Assembly: GCA_039679455.1 (NCBI GenBank)
Contig: JBDKUX010000093.1
Coordinates: 3,879 to 67,878, forward strand
DNA length: 64,000 nt
Direction: 5' to 3'
DNA from: Smithella sp.
GTDB lineage: Bacteria > Desulfobacterota > Syntrophia > Syntrophales > Smithellaceae
A program made the translations under genes and the position numbers. Of the stretch, positions 61,637-64,000 are shown piece by piece; position 1 is the first letter of the stretch, and the number at the start of each line of letters is the position of its first letter. Under the pieces are notes generated by a model, which was not told the origin of the DNA, made no database searches, and was given only the letters and a program-made list of their open reading frames with translations.

Positions 61637-62913
61637 GAACGAGAGTGGTGGTAACAGGAATGGGTGTCGTTGCCCCCAATGCGCATGGTTTGAATAACTT
61701 TGAACAGGCACTGCGGGAAGGCCGCTCCGGCATACGTTTTATTCCCCTGTTGGAGCAATTGAAATTCAGCTGCCAGATTGGCGGAGTGCCGGAAAATTTT
61801 GATGAGATTCGTGAAAAATATTTTGATCATGACAGACTGCAATCCATGAATGAAAATATCGGTTACGCTTCAGTTTCAGCGGTTGATGCCTGGGTTGATG
61901 CCGGTTTTAAAGTTCCAGAAAGCGACAATGATACGGTGGATTGGGATACAGGTGTCATATCCGGGTCAGGAATAGGAGGAATGGATACAATTGCCAACAC
62001 GCTTGTGCCGATGGTCAATGAAGGCAAAGTGCGGCGTATGGGCAGCAGGATTGTTGAACAGGTCATGAACAGCGCAACCAGCGGGAGTATCGGTGGTTTG
62101 ATCGGCGCCGGCAACCAGGTTACCTCGAACTCTTCAGCCTGCAGCACCGGCAATGAAGCGATCATCGAAGGACTTTGGCGAATAAGAATGGGATTGGCCA
62201 AACGTATGGTGGTCGGCGGTTCGGAAGCCGCTTCTCCTTATATCTGGGGCGGATTTGACGCGATGAAGGTCATCTGCCGTAAATTCAATGATAACCCGGC
62301 GGCTGGTTCCCGGCCGATGAGTGCCTCCGCCTGCGGTTTTGTTCCGGGTTCGGGCGGAGCAATGCTTGTTTTAGAGGATCTGGAAACAGCGCTCTTGCGG
62401 GGCGCCAGAATTTATGCGGAAGTAATCGGCGGTTGCGTAAATAGCGGTGGGCAGCGAATGGGTGGTTCCATGACTGCTCCCAATCCCGAAGGAGTGAGAC
62501 GATGTATCCGGACTGCGGTTGCCGATGCCGGTATTGATGCTGCTCAAATTGATGCGATCAACGGCCATCTGACGGCGACATTTGCCGATCCTTACGAGGT
62601 TAAAAATTGGGCTGCAGCATTAGAGCGCACGCCGGATAATTTCCCGTTTATCAATGCCACGAAGTCGATGGTCGGACATTGTCTGGGGGCAGCCGGGTCA
62701 ATCGAATGTGTGGCCACAATACTGCAACTTAATAAAGGATTTTTACATCCGTCAATTAACAGTGAAGATGTCCATCCTGAAATTGAGCAATTTGCCGCAA
62801 AGATTCCGCAAAAATGCATGGAGTATCCGCAGCTGCGGATTTTTGCCAAAGCCGGTTTTGGTTTCGGCGATGTCAACAGTTGTCTAATATTTAAAAAATG
62901 GGAAGAAAAATAA
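61633..62913 (+). CDS. fabF: FabF-like beta-ketoacyl-ACP synthase
   Basis: VVVTGMG, SSACSTG, NGHLTAT, KSMVGHCLG, GFGFG. Confidence 0.88.
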   Translation: MRTRVVVTGMGVVAPNAHGLNNFEQALREGRSGIRFIPLLEQLKFSCQIGGVPENFDEIREKYFDHDRLQSMNENIGYASVSAVDAWVDAGFKVPESDNDTVDWDTGVISGSGIGGMDTIANTLVPMVNEGKVRRMGSRIVEQVMNSATSGSIGGLIGAGNQVTSNSSACSTGNEAIIEGLWRIRMGLAKRMVVGGSEAASPYIWGGFDAMKVICRKFNDNPAAGSRPMSASACGFVPGSGGAMLVLEDLETALLRGARIYAEVIGGCVNSGGQRMGGSMTAPNPEGVRRCIRTAVADAGIDAAQIDAINGHLTATFADPYEVKNWAAALERTPDNFPFINATKSMVGHCLGAAGSIECVATILQLNKGFLHPSINSEDVHPEIEQFAAKIPQKCMEYPQLRIFAKAGFGFGDVNSCLIFKKWEEK

Positions 62914-62936
62914 TTATATCAAAAGGAGAATAGTAA

Positions 62937-63185
62937 ATGGACGAGAAAAAAATATTTGAGGAAATGGTTAATATTTTAAAGGCGTATACAAAGGATGTTA
63001 CGCTTTTGGAAAAAGCGGATATGAAAACGCACATTTTAAATGATTTAAAAGTCAATTCCGCCCGCCTGGTTGATGTTATCATCAAGTGTGAAGATGTTTA
63101 CGGAATCAGCATCGATGATGACGAAGCGGATAAAATTCGGACAATCGGCGACGCCGTTACGGTAATCAAACAAAAACTTGGGTAA
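62937..63185 (+). CDS. acyl carrier protein with atypical NSA motif
   Basis: AGGAG RBS; DLKVNSARLVDVII, I.DDEA..I.TIGDAV. Confidence 0.88.
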   Translation: MDEKKIFEEMVNILKAYTKDVTLLEKADMKTHILNDLKVNSARLVDVIIKCEDVYGISIDDDEADKIRTIGDAVTVIKQKLG

Positions 63186-63189
63186 AATA

Positions 63190-64000
63190 ATGGATAGAAA
63201 ATCCGAATTGTTTCTTCAGGTGCAATACTATGTGGGGCGAATTGCCGTTTTCTTTATTGCGCCCCTGTATTTTTTTATTGCCCGGCTGTTGTTTTACCGG
63301 GTTCATAATTTGAAAGAAATACGCCGTCAATGTGCCGTGGAGTTGTCCCGGCACAAAGGCCCCTGGATTGTTTGCGCCAATCATCTCACGATGATTGATT
63401 CCTTTCTTTTGACTTATGCGATCTTCAGCTTTGGCGCATATCTGAAGGATTACAAGAAAATACCGTGGAACCTGCCGGAAAGAAGCAATTTCCAGAAAAA
63501 TATTGTTCTGGCCGTGTTATGTTATCTTTCCAAATGCATCCCGGTCGACCGCGGCGGTCCCCGGGAAAAGACAAAAAAAATGCTGGAGAAATGCATGTAT
63601 CTGATGCACAGCGGTCAAAATATCATGATTTTTCCGGAAGGCGGGCGTTCCCGCACCGGGCGGATTGATAAAGAAGGCTTCTCGTACGGTGTTGGACGTT
63701 TTGTTCAGGATGTGGAAGACTGTAAGATTATGTGCGTTTATATGCGGGGCGACAAACAGGCTACTTATGGTTTCATACCGGCGTGGGGAGAAAAATTTTA
63801 TGCCCGGATGGAGGTGTTTACACCTGTACGCGCCGCCGCCGGCGGACTGCGCGCCCAGCGTGAATATGCGGCACAGATAATTGAAAAGTTGGCGCAAATG
63901 GAGGATAAGTATTTTGTCTTGCATCGGGAACGATGTTGTGGATTGGGAACATCCGGCAAACTTGAACAGAAGCAGGGATTTCCGGTATCAGAAGAAAATC
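63190..64000 (+). CDS. PlsC-like lysophospholipid acyltransferase (runs off the window end)
   Basis: Missing from the ORF track. Read from ATG 63190: ...WIVCANHLTMIDS...IPVDR...IFPEGGRS. Confidence 0.85.
   Translation, partial: MDRKSELFLQVQYYVGRIAVFFIAPLYFFIARLLFYRVHNLKEIRRQCAVELSRHKGPWIVCANHLTMIDSFLLTYAIFSFGAYLKDYKKIPWNLPERSNFQKNIVLAVLCYLSKCIPVDRGGPREKTKKMLEKCMYLMHSGQNIMIFPEGGRSRTGRIDKEGFSYGVGRFVQDVEDCKIMCVYMRGDKQATYGFIPAWGEKFYARMEVFTPVRAAAGGLRAQREYAAQIIEKLAQMEDKYFVLHRERCCGLGTSGKLEQKQGFPVSEEN

Overview
Bacterial chromosome segment, most consistent with a syntrophic deltaproteobacterium (Syntrophales, Smithella/Syntrophus-like; inferred from gene content and order). Mostly core genes: hpt, purE/purD, tsaC, dusB, zapA-6S RNA-rny-ymdB-tyrS-ruvX-mltG and an mraZ-ftsZ dcw cluster that lacks ddl. 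Accessory items: (1) a sigma54-promoted operon encoding a TPR/beta-barrel outer-membrane protein and a 997-aa FecR-domain protein (Slam/type XI-like pair); (2) a split purH pair, a KdnA-like aminotransferase and a cysK flanked by a duplicated terminator; (3) an AT-rich cassette between cstA and purD encoding a small peptide ORF, an NDP-sugar synthase and an orphan GT-A-like protein; (4) a sigma54-promoted FAS-II cluster containing an acyl-CoA dehydrogenase but no recognisable enoyl-ACP reductase, with an atypical ACP, next to an NtrC-type two-component system; (5) a MITE-like repeat that supplies the purE stop codon. No rRNA, tRNA, CRISPR array, integrase or transposase was seen. All calls come from reading the sequence by eye; no searches were run.
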